Assembly (NCBI GenBank): GCA_021161465.1
Contig: JAGHAM010000036.1
Coordinates: 13,512-77,511 of the forward strand
DNA from: Candidatus Iainarchaeum sp.
GTDB taxonomy: Archaea > B1Sed10-29 > WALL01 > JAGHAM01
DNA length: 64,000 nt
Direction of reading: 5' to 3'
Part shown: positions 23,919 to 34,045 of the stretch, piece after piece
Layout of the letters: each line of letters begins with the position of its first letter
How positions within the stretch are numbered: position 1 is the first letter of the stretch
Program-made: the position numbers and the translations under genes
The notes under the pieces: generated by a model
The model's database searches: none
What the model was told of the DNA's origin: nothing
The model's input: the letters and a program-made list of their open reading frames with translations, nothing else

Positions 23919-24854
23919 TTGATGAGAATACTTGTTACTGGGGCGGATGGTTTCGTTGGTTCACGCCTAGTTAAGAAGCTTTCTGAGAACCACTCAGTCC
24001 TGGCATTTTCCCGGTCCAAAAAGGAAATACCGGGCGCGAAACAGGTAATAGTTGGGGATGTCTTGAAAGATCTGTCTGGCCTTAGGAAAAAGCATTTCGA
24101 TGTAGTTTACCATCTGGCGGCTGTTCTGGATGAGTCTAATCCAGAGCTGTGGAGCGTGAACGTTGAGGGGACGCGCAACCTGCTTGAGCTGTGTAAGAAT
24201 AGAAACGTAGAGAGGTTTGTGTACACAAGTTCAATAGGTGTTCTTGGCGAAACTAAAGAGCCCGCAGAGGAGGATTTCCCATACAACCCACAAACGAAAT
24301 ATGAGAAATCAAAGGCGGAAGCAGAGCGACTGGTCATGGACTACAGGCTAAAGTATAGGATACCTTATACTATCGTGCGCTCGACGATAGTTTATGGTCC
24401 AAACAGTTTCTGGAAGCAGATTTTTGAGGCAGCGAGGGAAGGCTATCCAATCATAGGGAGTGGGAGCAATTATTTCCATTTAGTATACGTGGACGATTTT
24501 GTTGATGCATTGGTTGCTGTTTTGGACCTGAGGGCGCAGAACCAGATATACCACGTGGCAGGGCCGGATGTTTACTCCTACAAAGAAACATACCATATGA
24601 TAGCTAAGGCCCTTGGAGCCAAGGCGCCAGACAAGCATGTCCCAGTTAGTCTGGCAAAAGCGATGGCGCTAGCCCATGAAACTAGGGCGAAGCTGCAAAG
24701 AGAAAAGCCTAAGCTGACGATGATGAGGGCGAGCATAGCCCGGTTGGTTAGGAACAGGATAGTGAGCACAAAAAAAATAGAGAAAGAGTTGGGCTTCAAG
24801 CCAAACTACCCATTAGAGAAAGGCTTGAAGAAGACTGTGCAGGAACTATTATAA
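23919..24854 (+). CDS. NAD-dependent epimerase/dehydratase (SDR family)
   Basis: ILVTGADGFVGSRL Rossmann motif and YxxxK downstream. Confidence 0.75.
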   Translation: MMRILVTGADGFVGSRLVKKLSENHSVLAFSRSKKEIPGAKQVIVGDVLKDLSGLRKKHFDVVYHLAAVLDESNPELWSVNVEGTRNLLELCKNRNVERFVYTSSIGVLGETKEPAEEDFPYNPQTKYEKSKAEAERLVMDYRLKYRIPYTIVRSTIVYGPNSFWKQIFEAAREGYPIIGSGSNYFHLVYVDDFVDALVAVLDLRAQNQIYHVAGPDVYSYKETYHMIAKALGAKAPDKHVPVSLAKAMALAHETRAKLQREKPKLTMMRASIARLVRNRIVSTKKIEKELGFKPNYPLEKGLKKTVQELL

Positions 24855-24876
24855 CCCTCCTTGGCCATAAAGTTTA

Positions 24877-25491
24877 GTGAGAACTATGGATACCGGCACC
24901 CTAACAGCTAGGCAGCTTGCGCCACTCATAGAGTCAAAACCAGTGGTTACAATTTGTCTGTCCGGGCGGGATGAACTTTACAACACATTCAAAGAGAACG
25001 GTATTTCTGCAGCTTTGAAATCACTTAGGTTCAGGTATGACGACTGGGCCGATGGGATGGTTGCAGAGGAAGCTGTCCCCGACGAAGAAATAGATGCAAC
25101 CACAGGATTCCATGTAGTGAGAAAACCTGGTGGGCTTCTATCAACCGCAAGACCAATAGAAGAAGATGAGATTGATGTTTTCCTTGCCATGTTGTTGAAT
25201 CAGCATAAGGATATGTTTGCTTTAAACAAGAACAACCATTTCATAGTGTTTCAGGACACGGTCCACACGGGGAAGTCGCTTGAAGCTATGAGAAAAGCCA
25301 TTTTGTTGAATGGCATCCCAAAGAGTAAGGTGGTGACCGCCGCATTTAAGTCTAGTATATCGCCGGTGTTCCCTCCAGATGTCATTGGTGGGAGAGCCGT
25401 GCTTAGACCACCAAAACAGAAAAAGGATAGACAGTGGATAAGGGTTGACCACCGTGGAAGGGGCTTTGTTCTGAACGTGCCAATGCCATAG
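24877..25491 (+). CDS. hypothetical protein with type I phosphoribosyltransferase-like motif
   Basis: FIVFQDTVHTGKSL resembles the PRTase PRPP-binding motif. Weak. Confidence 0.35.
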   Translation: MRTMDTGTLTARQLAPLIESKPVVTICLSGRDELYNTFKENGISAALKSLRFRYDDWADGMVAEEAVPDEEIDATTGFHVVRKPGGLLSTARPIEEDEIDVFLAMLLNQHKDMFALNKNNHFIVFQDTVHTGKSLEAMRKAILLNGIPKSKVVTAAFKSSISPVFPPDVIGGRAVLRPPKQKKDRQWIRVDHRGRGFVLNVPMP

Positions 25492-25504
25492 GATGTGTTG
25501 TCTT

Positions 25505-26008
25505 ATGATTTTAAATGATAGCCAGCTAGCGAAACTGCAAAAGGCAAAACCACCCTTGATAGAGGACTATATAGATTGGGATAAACAGTTGCAGCCGAAC
25601 GGGTTTGATATCACGGTTAAAGAAGTCCATCGGTTGCTGGGACCCGGGCAGGTGGATTTCTCGAATGAGGAGAGAGAGCTTCCAAAGACAGAAGCTATGG
25701 GATTCAAGGATGGCTGGCTTGAGCTTCCTCCTGGCGCGTACAAAATACGGACAAATGAATATGTGAATATACCCAATGATGTGGTTGCATTCGCACAAAC
25801 CAGGTCAACACTGCTTAGGATGGGCGCGTTTACGGTTCATGCTGTTTGGGACGCAGGGTTTCATGGAAGAAGCGAGTTCCTGCTTGTGGTGCAGAATAAG
25901 CACGGGATACGTTTAAAGAAAAACGCGAGAATAGCCCAGCTGGTTTTTGTGCGCCTTGGAACCAAACCAGACAAAGTTTACTTTGGTGTTTACAAGGGCA
26001 TGAAATAG
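25505..26008 (+). CDS. dCTP deaminase/dUTPase-family protein
   Basis: Beta-barrel dUTPase-family motifs (AFAQTRSTLLRMG, VWDAGFHGRSEF, IAQLVF). Confidence 0.75.
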   Translation: MILNDSQLAKLQKAKPPLIEDYIDWDKQLQPNGFDITVKEVHRLLGPGQVDFSNEERELPKTEAMGFKDGWLELPPGAYKIRTNEYVNIPNDVVAFAQTRSTLLRMGAFTVHAVWDAGFHGRSEFLLVVQNKHGIRLKKNARIAQLVFVRLGTKPDKVYFGVYKGMK

Positions 26009-26083
26009 CTCTTTTGTGGATGGGTCTCATAATTGTTGAATGGCTTTTTGGGAATTTTCTATTCTCATTTACGCACAACTAAT

Positions 26084-26329
26084 TTAATACTCCTTGTCCT
26101 CTATCAACCCGTGTTTTATAAGTTCCTTCCTTATATCCCTGTGTCCAGATAGCTTTCTTATCACTTCTTCTCTTATCTTCAATCCTTCTGGAAGGCTACT
26201 TAAATGTTTTAGTACTCCCTTACGCTCAACTTCTTTCATTCCCAGGAACTCTGCGTTCACGTAACCCCCTGAGGTTCCTGCCCATCTCTTCACGATTTCT
26301 TTTGGTTCTTCCCTTGGTGCCATGAGCAT
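26084..26329 (-). CDS. hypothetical small protein (81 aa)
   Basis: ORF only. Downstream of radA on the same strand. Confidence 0.3.
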   Translation of the reverse strand: MLMAPREEPKEIVKRWAGTSGGYVNAEFLGMKEVERKGVLKHLSSLPEGLKIREEVIRKLSGHRDIRKELIKHGLIEDKEY

Positions 26330-26421
26330 TCAGTCTCAGATTGTGTTAATAAAACTTTCTGTGTGCTGTCGCTTAAAAGCGTCTTTGTGTTTTAGTCCAA
26401 CTAAGCACTTGTTCCAAAGCT

Positions 26422-27375
26422 TTAAACATCCTCAATACCGTTTTCAGTGACGCGGAATATACATTCTCCCTCTGGAAGACACGGACTATCTACAAGCCTT
26501 GCTATACGCTTATCCTCTTTACTCTTGCGCAGATAAACTCTATATGCACTTGCATGCCCAACTATGTGACCCCCTATGGGTGTAGTTGGGTCCCCAAACA
26601 GCAGTCCAGGGTTTGCCATGACCTGGTTGGTTACAAGGATAGCAAGGTTGTTCAGGTCAGCCAGCTTCCTGAGAGTGTGCATGTGCCTGTTCAGCTTCTG
26701 TTGCCTGCCAGCAAGCGCGCCTCTGCCAACGTATTCAGCCCTAAATAACCCTGTTAGTGAGTCAACTATAATTAGTTTTACATTATTCTCCGTTATCAGG
26801 TCTTCAGCTTTCTCAACCAATAGCATCTGGTGGTCAGAACTGAAGGCCCTGCCAACAAAAACATTATCTAGTGCCTCGTCTTCATCCAAACCAACTGCTT
26901 TTGCCATCTGGGCGACACGCTCTGGTCTGAATGTACCTTCAGTGTCTATGTATAGTGTGCTCCCACCCAAGCCACCTTTTTCAACTGGCAGCTGTACATT
27001 TACAGATAACTGAAATGCAAGTTGAGTCTTCCCAACACCAAAACGCGAGTAAAGTTCAGTAATTGTTCTGGTTTCAATCCCTCCTCCAACAAGTGCGTCC
27101 AGCTGCTTTGAGCCGGTTGTTATCTTGCCAACCTCAGCCCGCTTTTTCAACAGTTCCCCAGCAGTTTCAAAGCCCATGTCCATGGCGTTTCTCGCGGAAT
27201 TTATTAATTTTTTTGCTGCACTCTCCCCCATACCTGTTGCATCAACCAGCTCTCCAGTGGAGGCTACTGCTATAGATTCAACACTTTTAAAACCGCTTTC
27301 CCTAAGCTTCTCTGCCGTTGTTGACCCAACACCCGGCAAATCTTCAAGTTCTTTAACATCTCCCATTTTATTCAC
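26422..27375 (-). CDS. radA: DNA repair and recombination protein RadA
   Basis: N-terminal HhH ([15 protein letters not shown]) and RecA core with Walker A GVGKTQ. Confidence 0.9.
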   Translation of the reverse strand: MNKMGDVKELEDLPGVGSTTAEKLRESGFKSVESIAVASTGELVDATGMGESAAKKLINSARNAMDMGFETAGELLKKRAEVGKITTGSKQLDALVGGGIETRTITELYSRFGVGKTQLAFQLSVNVQLPVEKGGLGGSTLYIDTEGTFRPERVAQMAKAVGLDEDEALDNVFVGRAFSSDHQMLLVEKAEDLITENNVKLIIVDSLTGLFRAEYVGRGALAGRQQKLNRHMHTLRKLADLNNLAILVTNQVMANPGLLFGDPTTPIGGHIVGHASAYRVYLRKSKEDKRIARLVDSPCLPEGECIFRVTENGIEDV

Positions 27376-28616
27376 CCTTTTAGTTCCTTATCCAGGTTAA
27401 CATCCTCTATCTCCCTAACCACAAATTCCTTTCGGCCGAATCGCTGGTTCTCCTTAACCTGACCCCTGAATATCTTTTCTTCACCAAGGATTTTATTTGT
27501 ATCATAATTCTCAATGCTTTTTGGCTCATCCCTTTTGATACCAAGAAGCTGTTCGGCTATGTCCCTGTAAAACACACCTTTTATAACACCTGTGCCGTCG
27601 TCCAGTTCGCAGTTTAGTATGGCTGTAGTTATCGATTCAACACCACATTCAGGACATTTGCCACTAACCCTTTTCCCGCATTTTGGACAAACCTCAAGTG
27701 GCACTGGCTTATACGCTTGGACTATGACTGCTTTTATCTCTTTGTATTTGTCTCCGACTTGCAATTCTTTTATTTTAACCCGCTCTGATGTGCTGACGTC
27801 CGGTAGCTCTGGAGCCCCATCTGGGTTCACTTCTATCCTACCTTTCCACCCAAGGTTGAGTTCTAATGCTCCCCTGTTCATCTTAACATACGCACCCTCG
27901 GCCCTTATGATGTCGCCAGCATGTAGCTTCTCCGACCAGTCTGCTTGTTTGTCCCATAGAACCAGTCTTGCATCCGTACCATCAGATACGATTATGCTTG
28001 CCAGTTGGCCCTTCCTGTTGTTGGTGCTAAATTCTCTCTTTGGGAACACTCTCCTAACTCTTGCAAAGAAATTAACATTCTTCTGACCTTCAGCAAGGGC
28101 AGAGAGCTTAATGTAGTTGAGTTCTGGTTTGCTTTTGAATACTATTTGTGACGAACGGCCATAGCTGAGCTCCAATTCATTCCTTTTGCGAACCATTAAG
28201 TTTCTGAGCTCCAGCCTGCTACCCTCTCTAGCTTCATCAAGCAGCTTACAGTCATCGTTCCAGAAACTTACTCTTACTGACCCAGAGGCATCAGACACAA
28301 TCAGACTTCCTACTTTCTTGTTTTTTGCCCATTCCCTTGCGGGAAACACGGTCTTTACCTCACCGCTTATACTTGCTGTTCTAAGGGTTTCATCTAGCTC
28401 GCCTATTGGCGTCAGTTTCACGTCCTCTTTTATATCCAGCTCAACACCGAGGTCCTTGGCTATAGAATATGCAGCCCCAGCACGTGTGAGCAATCCACCG
28501 TATTCTTCCTGCTTCTTTTCTATCTCTTTAGCGAGCTGCTCTTTGGACAGGCTAGTTTTAGCTAGTATTTTTTCCTCCAAACCTTCTTCATTGTCTAATA
28601 TCTCCGAGACCATCAT
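27372..28616 (-). CDS. rpa: replication protein A-like ssDNA-binding protein (OB folds plus C4 zinc ribbon)
   Basis: Repeated OB-fold segments and [16 protein letters not shown] zinc ribbon. Stop/start overlap with radA. Confidence 0.8.
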   Translation of the reverse strand: MMVSEILDNEEGLEEKILAKTSLSKEQLAKEIEKKQEEYGGLLTRAGAAYSIAKDLGVELDIKEDVKLTPIGELDETLRTASISGEVKTVFPAREWAKNKKVGSLIVSDASGSVRVSFWNDDCKLLDEAREGSRLELRNLMVRKRNELELSYGRSSQIVFKSKPELNYIKLSALAEGQKNVNFFARVRRVFPKREFSTNNRKGQLASIIVSDGTDARLVLWDKQADWSEKLHAGDIIRAEGAYVKMNRGALELNLGWKGRIEVNPDGAPELPDVSTSERVKIKELQVGDKYKEIKAVIVQAYKPVPLEVCPKCGKRVSGKCPECGVESITTAILNCELDDGTGVIKGVFYRDIAEQLLGIKRDEPKSIENYDTNKILGEEKIFRGQVKENQRFGRKEFVVREIEDVNLDKELKG

Positions 28617-28805
28617 TTAGCTTATATGCCAAGCTATTTTTATAGCAACCCGCTAAACATTTCCGAGATTTTTTGTAAATTTTTATCAGAAAATTTTTTT
28701 AATAAGGTTGCACCATAATAGTTCCGGAGGGTGCTTTCGTTTTTTAAAACCGAACCTACCAAGAGTTCCAAAAAGGGGCGCCCTCCTATTTTGTGGGGTG
28801 CGAGC

Positions 28806-28958
28806 ATGAGAAAAGACATAAGTAAAGTTATTGATAGTTATAGGAAGGGGGATATAAGCTTATTCGAGGCTTCTAGGATTGTTGATATGCATCCAAGTGA
28901 ATTCCTGGAATTATTGGTGAGAAGAAATAAGGTTGAAGTTGCTTACAGTTCATTTTAG
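28806..28958 (+). CDS. UPF0175-like small HTH protein (possible antitoxin-like)
   Basis: ISLFEASRIVDMHPSEFLELL resembles the UPF0175 motif. Start taken at MRKDIS within ORF 28731..28958. Confidence 0.35.
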   Translation: MRKDISKVIDSYRKGDISLFEASRIVDMHPSEFLELLVRRNKVEVAYSSF

Positions 28959-29213
28959 TAGGGTTTCATCAACAACAATTACGTCGCTAACGGCGAAAAC
29001 CGCTTTGAACGGTATTGCAACGAAGTCATCCTCAGTTCTGGGTAAATTCTTGGCTGTTTTGCTCTCCTCAGCTGGTTCAACAAGGAAAGTTTCGAGAACA
29101 CCAGTGTGTTCATCGAATTGAATATCACTAAGCCTGCCAATCTCTTCTCCTTTGTTTGTTATAACTCGCTTCCCTCCTAATTGTTTTGCAATAGCGAATT
29201 TCCTCGTAGCCAT
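28950..29213 (-). CDS. PRC-barrel domain protein
   Basis: GKRVITNKGEEIGRLSDIQFDEHTGVLETFLV matches the PRC barrel. Confidence 0.7.
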   Translation of the reverse strand: MATRKFAIAKQLGGKRVITNKGEEIGRLSDIQFDEHTGVLETFLVEPAEESKTAKNLPRTEDDFVAIPFKAVFAVSDVIVVDETLLK

Positions 29214-29236
29214 TTAAATCACTGGTTTCAATTACT

Positions 29237-30955
29237 CTAAAAGCCTATAAAAGCTTTTCGCTGGTTCTTGATGAAGAATACACCCACTGATATCAAAAGG
29301 AGTACAAACATTAAGACTAATGGATTCGGGTATTCATCAGCCATATACTCTTCTCTTCCTTCAACAGAAACCTCAGTAATAGTGGAGTTCAGTACAGAGC
29401 TACCCAACTTATCATAAAGTGTTGTGTTAATGGTATATCTTCCAGGGATTGTAGGCTTCCACTCAAACAACTCCTTTCTCATCTTTTTTCCAGGTAATAC
29501 CTTCTCAATTGAGGACTGAGAATAAACCACTTGCTTATTTTCATCTGTTATCACAATAGTTAGGTTGTAAGAAGTGCTTTGGCTCTCCCCCCTATTTTTT
29601 ACTGTTACTACACTCTTAGTTTTTACTCCTGTTATAAATGGCTTCACGAGTTCAACATTTTCTACAACTAGGTTTGCTTGAGTGCCTCCATGTGGGTGTA
29701 CGTGTAGTAAAGAAGTGTCAACATCTTGAGAACCCTCAGGATTCGTAACGGTTAACTGGAGGTTGTAATCTCCAACATCGGGGCAAATCAAGGGAGACTT
29801 TGCACCAGTTAAAGGTAGAGTCCAAGAACCATTAGTAACGGTCCAAGAGTAGGTCAAAGAGTGGCAGATTCCGCCTCCAGGACAGTAATTTGCGTCAGTT
29901 GAGCCGGTACCATCTAATTCTACATTCTCTCCACGAATACATTCGTAGGGCCCATTTGCATCTGCAACTGGCCTTGAACCGCACGTACAGTCTGCTTTAC
30001 ACAAGCCTGGGCAGACCGAATCATCGTTGCCATCACACTCTTCTCCACAGTTCCTCTTTCCATCACCACAATGATTAGGACAACTGCTGCAGTAGAGTGA
30101 GCCCGTAAAGTACCTACTTGTGCATTTTGAAGAGTAACAGCCTTTTCTTACGAACCTTTGGTTGTTATAATCACAGTGACTTTTGGTATTGCATAATTTG
30201 TAGTTGCACCACTCTACACAAGAGTCTGAATCGCAATCTTTACATTCCTGTAGGGTGCTGCCTAAACATCTCAGCTCTCCAGCATTACACTCATCCGTAC
30301 AGACCGGTCCACAATCTTGCGGACATGTTTCCTTGGTTTCATTACAATCACAAAGACCGTTGGGACAGTGTTTACACGTATTACAATACTCTTCTCCATG
30401 GATGACCCTCCCAATTACCACAACCCCATTCACAGTGTTGAATCTACAATAATCATCATAACAATGGTAACATAGGAGTGCCTGATTCTTACAAGTTAAA
30501 GCACAGCATCCCTCTACACATTCTGCTCCTTTACATTTGTTTTCTCCAACACAGGATGAAAAATTAGAATATGTTGACCAAGAAACACCGCTGCAGTACC
30601 CAAGGAGTCCTCTTTCGTTTCCGCATGCGTACCTCCTGTGGACATATCTATCTGCATGAAGGCAGGACCCTACACATTCCCTTCCCGCATAAGTATCCGA
30701 TGATGGATGGCACGGACCAGCAACACATTCCGGGCTGCCGTTGATCATCTCGCAATGACTATCAGCTCCTGTGCAATACCCACTACAGTACCCGTCTATA
30801 TCACAACTCTCTCCAGGTTTACAATCGGCATCTGTCTGGCACTTTTGTGAAGTTATGTACAAGCACTCAGTGTCACAACAATTGTGGCACAAGTGAGAAA
30901 AAGAAAAAGGAACAAAGAGTAGATAACATAATAGGAAAACAAAAAGCTTCTTCAT
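29237..30955 (-). CDS. secreted cysteine-rich surface protein: signal peptide, about 330 aa Cys-rich region with disintegrin-like CGDG..GEECD motif, PKD-like and CARDB-like domains, C-terminal TM anchor
   Basis: MKKLFVFLLCYLLFVPFSFS signal. More than 60 Cys in the N-terminal third. CGDGKRNCGEECDGNDDSVCPGLC. PKD-like (LDGTGSTD...YSWTV). CARDB-like (VKPFITGVKTKSVVTVKNRGESQSTSYNLTI). Final hydrophobic segment plus KNQRK. Confidence 0.6.
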   Translation of the reverse strand: MKKLFVFLLCYLLFVPFSFSHLCHNCCDTECLYITSQKCQTDADCKPGESCDIDGYCSGYCTGADSHCEMINGSPECVAGPCHPSSDTYAGRECVGSCLHADRYVHRRYACGNERGLLGYCSGVSWSTYSNFSSCVGENKCKGAECVEGCCALTCKNQALLCYHCYDDYCRFNTVNGVVVIGRVIHGEEYCNTCKHCPNGLCDCNETKETCPQDCGPVCTDECNAGELRCLGSTLQECKDCDSDSCVEWCNYKLCNTKSHCDYNNQRFVRKGCYSSKCTSRYFTGSLYCSSCPNHCGDGKRNCGEECDGNDDSVCPGLCKADCTCGSRPVADANGPYECIRGENVELDGTGSTDANYCPGGGICHSLTYSWTVTNGSWTLPLTGAKSPLICPDVGDYNLQLTVTNPEGSQDVDTSLLHVHPHGGTQANLVVENVELVKPFITGVKTKSVVTVKNRGESQSTSYNLTIVITDENKQVVYSQSSIEKVLPGKKMRKELFEWKPTIPGRYTINTTLYDKLGSSVLNSTITEVSVEGREEYMADEYPNPLVLMFVLLLISVGVFFIKNQRKAFIGF

Positions 30956-31671
30956 TTGTTCCCCTCACTCAAACTGATTTTAACATGGTTCTTCTCAATG
31001 GAATCAATTTTCAATGAGTGCTGTTTATCTAACTCACATACTTTTGAAAGGTCTAGTGTTGAACCATTCAATAGAGCATAAAACGAGAAATTCCCATGGC
31101 AAGAAACACCAAGGATAACCATATTTTTAGAACGATCCACATTTTCAACAATGATTTTAACATCTGTTTCTTTTATATGAAGACAAGTGGTCTCATTGAG
31201 GGTCAGATTGCCATGGCTCTTCTCACTGCATGGGTCAGTCAATAGGAGGAGTACTTTGTCACTAGAGATTTCCGACACATTCACATCTAGGAATAACACC
31301 CTATGTTTTCCCTCAGGCAATTGTCTAACTGTTGAGTAGCCACCTACAGACCATACAAAATTCATAAGAGCGGGATTTCCAGCTCTCTCTAAGTCAATCT
31401 CATATTTATCAATTTCAGCACTCTGACCTCTGCAAAGATAAAATTTTTTATCGAAATGAGCCTGAACAACAGGTGGAGGGTTGAAACAAATGCACTCTTC
31501 TTCAGGGAAGTCTTGCGGACAGTTGCTGCAGTTTTCTCCGTCATCTACTTTTCCATTACCACAGGAAAGCAGGTGTTGTTTAGGTATATGTAGGAGATGA
31601 TAAACTACAAGGCTTAGTATAAGTAAAGAAAAGACAAGAAAAATACCAACTAAAATACGAAACTTATCCAT
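30952..31671 (-). CDS. secreted/membrane-anchored protein with disintegrin-like CGNG..GENC motif; co-operonic with 29237..30955
   Basis: N-terminal TM. LLSCGNGKVDDGENCSNCPQDF shares its motif with the downstream gene. 4-nt stop/start overlap. Confidence 0.5.
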   Translation of the reverse strand: MDKFRILVGIFLVFSLLILSLVVYHLLHIPKQHLLSCGNGKVDDGENCSNCPQDFPEEECICFNPPPVVQAHFDKKFYLCRGQSAEIDKYEIDLERAGNPALMNFVWSVGGYSTVRQLPEGKHRVLFLDVNVSEISSDKVLLLLTDPCSEKSHGNLTLNETTCLHIKETDVKIIVENVDRSKNMVILGVSCHGNFSFYALLNGSTLDLSKVCELDKQHSLKIDSIEKNHVKISLSEGNK

Positions 31672-31729
31672 CCATAAGTGACTATTGAGTTTTAGTATAT
31701 ATTTTTAACTATTGCTTACTCTTTAATTT

Positions 31730-32716
31730 ATGAAACTTCATAAAAATGCTATGATTTCGGAGTCACTTAGGAAGGAGCTTACACATCAGCATTACAGGTT
31801 GGCTGGCGCGCATTCGGCAGTAAAGCTATGCCACTGGACTAAACATAGCCTTTTGGAAAACCGCTACTGCTACAAACAGAAGTTCTATGGCATCCAGAGC
31901 CATCGCTGCCTCCAAATGACCCCTGCAATAGCATGGTGCAATCAGAGGTGCCTTTACTGCTGGAGAACGCACAAGCTGGTAACGCCGGATATCAAATGGG
32001 ATGACCCAGAAACAGTGATAGAGGAAAGTATCAAGGCACAGAGGGTGCTGCTTACAGGATATTATGGGCTTCTGGATAGGGTTGACAAGGCAAAGCTTGA
32101 AGAAGCAATGAATCCAAACCAGGTAGCGATAAGTTTAGCCGGCGAGCCGACTCTTTACCCGTATCTCAGCGGCCTAATTGAAGCCTTTACCAAGCGCGAT
32201 TTTAGCACTTTCCTTGTGACAAATGGGCTTAGGCCGCAAGTTCTAGCAGAGCTAGCTCTGCCAACACAGCTTTATGTCTCCCTGAGCGCGCCGAACGAGG
32301 AGATACATAAGAAGCTGAATGTGCCGATGATACCAAACAGCTGGAAACTGTTGAATGAAACACTTAAGCTTTTTCCATCTCTGGATACCCGAAAAGTCAT
32401 AAGGATAACCCTTGTTAAAGGCTGGAACGACGTGCATCCAGAGCTTTATGCCAAGCTGATAAGCAAAGCTAGCCCCGATTTCATCGAGGTTAAGGCGTAT
32501 ATGTTCGTTGGCGATTCAAGGAGGAGAATGACAATAGCTAACATGCCAAGGCATGGGGAAGTTGTTGCTTTCACTAGGCTGCTTGAGAACGAGCTACCAG
32601 ACTACAAGCTGATAGATGAGAAAGAAGACTCGCGTGTTGTGCTTTTGAGTAATGGCAGGAAAACTTCCCTGATAGGCGAGGCTGAAAAACATGAGCAAAA
32701 AACCAAAGAATATTAG
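31730..32716 (+). CDS. taw1: tRNA 4-demethylwyosine synthase (radical SAM, Taw1/TYW1)
   Basis: Auxiliary Cys (HSAVKLCHWTK) plus radical-SAM CNQRCLYCWR, and TYW1-family similarity throughout. Confidence 0.85.
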   Translation: MKLHKNAMISESLRKELTHQHYRLAGAHSAVKLCHWTKHSLLENRYCYKQKFYGIQSHRCLQMTPAIAWCNQRCLYCWRTHKLVTPDIKWDDPETVIEESIKAQRVLLTGYYGLLDRVDKAKLEEAMNPNQVAISLAGEPTLYPYLSGLIEAFTKRDFSTFLVTNGLRPQVLAELALPTQLYVSLSAPNEEIHKKLNVPMIPNSWKLLNETLKLFPSLDTRKVIRITLVKGWNDVHPELYAKLISKASPDFIEVKAYMFVGDSRRRMTIANMPRHGEVVAFTRLLENELPDYKLIDEKEDSRVVLLSNGRKTSLIGEAEKHEQKTKEY

Positions 32717-33245
32717 TGAGTTAGTGCACGAGAGCATAGAGGTTAGGAAGGGTCTAACTAGTGGGAATCATCTATCCTATGTTGTTGTTAAAAAGGAGCC
32801 AGAGGGATTTCTTAAAGGCATTGAAAACAAGGAGCTCGAAAGACAGGTTGCCAACTACATAAAGGAAAAGAAACTGGGACAAGTTGACATTGAATTTAGG
32901 AGAGTGAAGGAGTTGGTTAAAGCCCCCAACCCTAACAAGAGGCTCACGCCAAGTGAGGTAAGGAGATTAGGGCTTAATGAGGGTGACCTCGTTGCCGAAA
33001 TAACTGATTTTTTCCCACTTCACGATGTACCTAACGAATACTATCATAGACACTTTGAGCATGGGATGCATGTTGGTGACAAGGTGCTTGATAAGATTCT
33101 AACCAACTTAAAGGAAAAACACAAAATAAAAGCAGTTTTTGCAGACACACGGATGGAAAAAATGCAAGGGTTGCTAGAGTCCAGGGGCTTCAAAAGGGGG
33201 AGGAAGGGTACTGAGAGGGAACATGTATTTGTGAGGAGATTATAA
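32691..33245 (+). CDS. hypothetical basic protein (184 aa)
   Basis: ORF overlapping the taw1 stop. No known motif recognised. Confidence 0.35.
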   Translation: MSKKPKNISELVHESIEVRKGLTSGNHLSYVVVKKEPEGFLKGIENKELERQVANYIKEKKLGQVDIEFRRVKELVKAPNPNKRLTPSEVRRLGLNEGDLVAEITDFFPLHDVPNEYYHRHFEHGMHVGDKVLDKILTNLKEKHKIKAVFADTRMEKMQGLLESRGFKRGRKGTEREHVFVRRL

Positions 33246-33321
33246 CCAGACAGAACAATGTGCTTCGTGCCCGGCGTTATTATATACCTAAAAAGCGTAA
33301 AAATTATACGGTGTTTTAATC

Positions 33322-34029
33322 ATGGAAAAACCAAGAGGGCGCGTCCGGGAAAAATTGGGGAAAGCAGGCAGGACCATAAAGAAAATCATAGAGCCTGTCC
33401 ACTTCGATGAGCCAGTGAATAGTATAGATTCTAGGGCAAAGATTGGACAGATTAAAAAGAAACCAAAGAAATACGAATCATTTAGGGAGCTTGTGGAGGA
33501 TAACATAATAATTAAGAAATCATACCCATCTCACTCTAATACATACCTTAGATTTGATGTTTTCAAGAAGAAGGCCAGCGGAGATTTTGTTAAAGGCGCG
33601 TCAGAAAAAAGATTGAAAACTGTTTTGGATAAAATGAAAGTGCACCTAGGCGAAAAAAAGTTAGGTAGTGTGGGTGTAGAATATGGTCTTTTGTCATCTT
33701 TTGGGGATATTATCCACGAGGAAGGAAAGAAAGCTGGATTGGGGGGTCTGGATAAGGTTGCCAAGATAGACTGGTTCCGCCCGTCACACAGAATCAACAA
33801 ACTATCCCGCAAGGAGATAATCAGAGAAAAAGTCCTCGATGAGATAATAAAGTTTATGCGAAATGAGCATGAAATCCGAAGAATTCACATTATAAATCCT
33901 CCTGAAGATTTAGTGGAACTTGCTGAGAAAAAAGGCTTTAAGGAGCTCAAACCAAGCGGAGATGTCCGCATAATGGTCAAGGACTTCAAGAAACGAAAGC
34001 AGAAACAAGAGCTGAACTGGTTCCACTAG
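33322..34029 (+). CDS. hypothetical lysine-rich protein (235 aa)
   Basis: ORF only. Confidence 0.35.
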   Translation: MEKPRGRVREKLGKAGRTIKKIIEPVHFDEPVNSIDSRAKIGQIKKKPKKYESFRELVEDNIIIKKSYPSHSNTYLRFDVFKKKASGDFVKGASEKRLKTVLDKMKVHLGEKKLGSVGVEYGLLSSFGDIIHEEGKKAGLGGLDKVAKIDWFRPSHRINKLSRKEIIREKVLDEIIKFMRNEHEIRRIHIINPPEDLVELAEKKGFKELKPSGDVRIMVKDFKKRKQKQELNWFH

Positions 34030-34045
34030 CTGGGTAATCATACAG

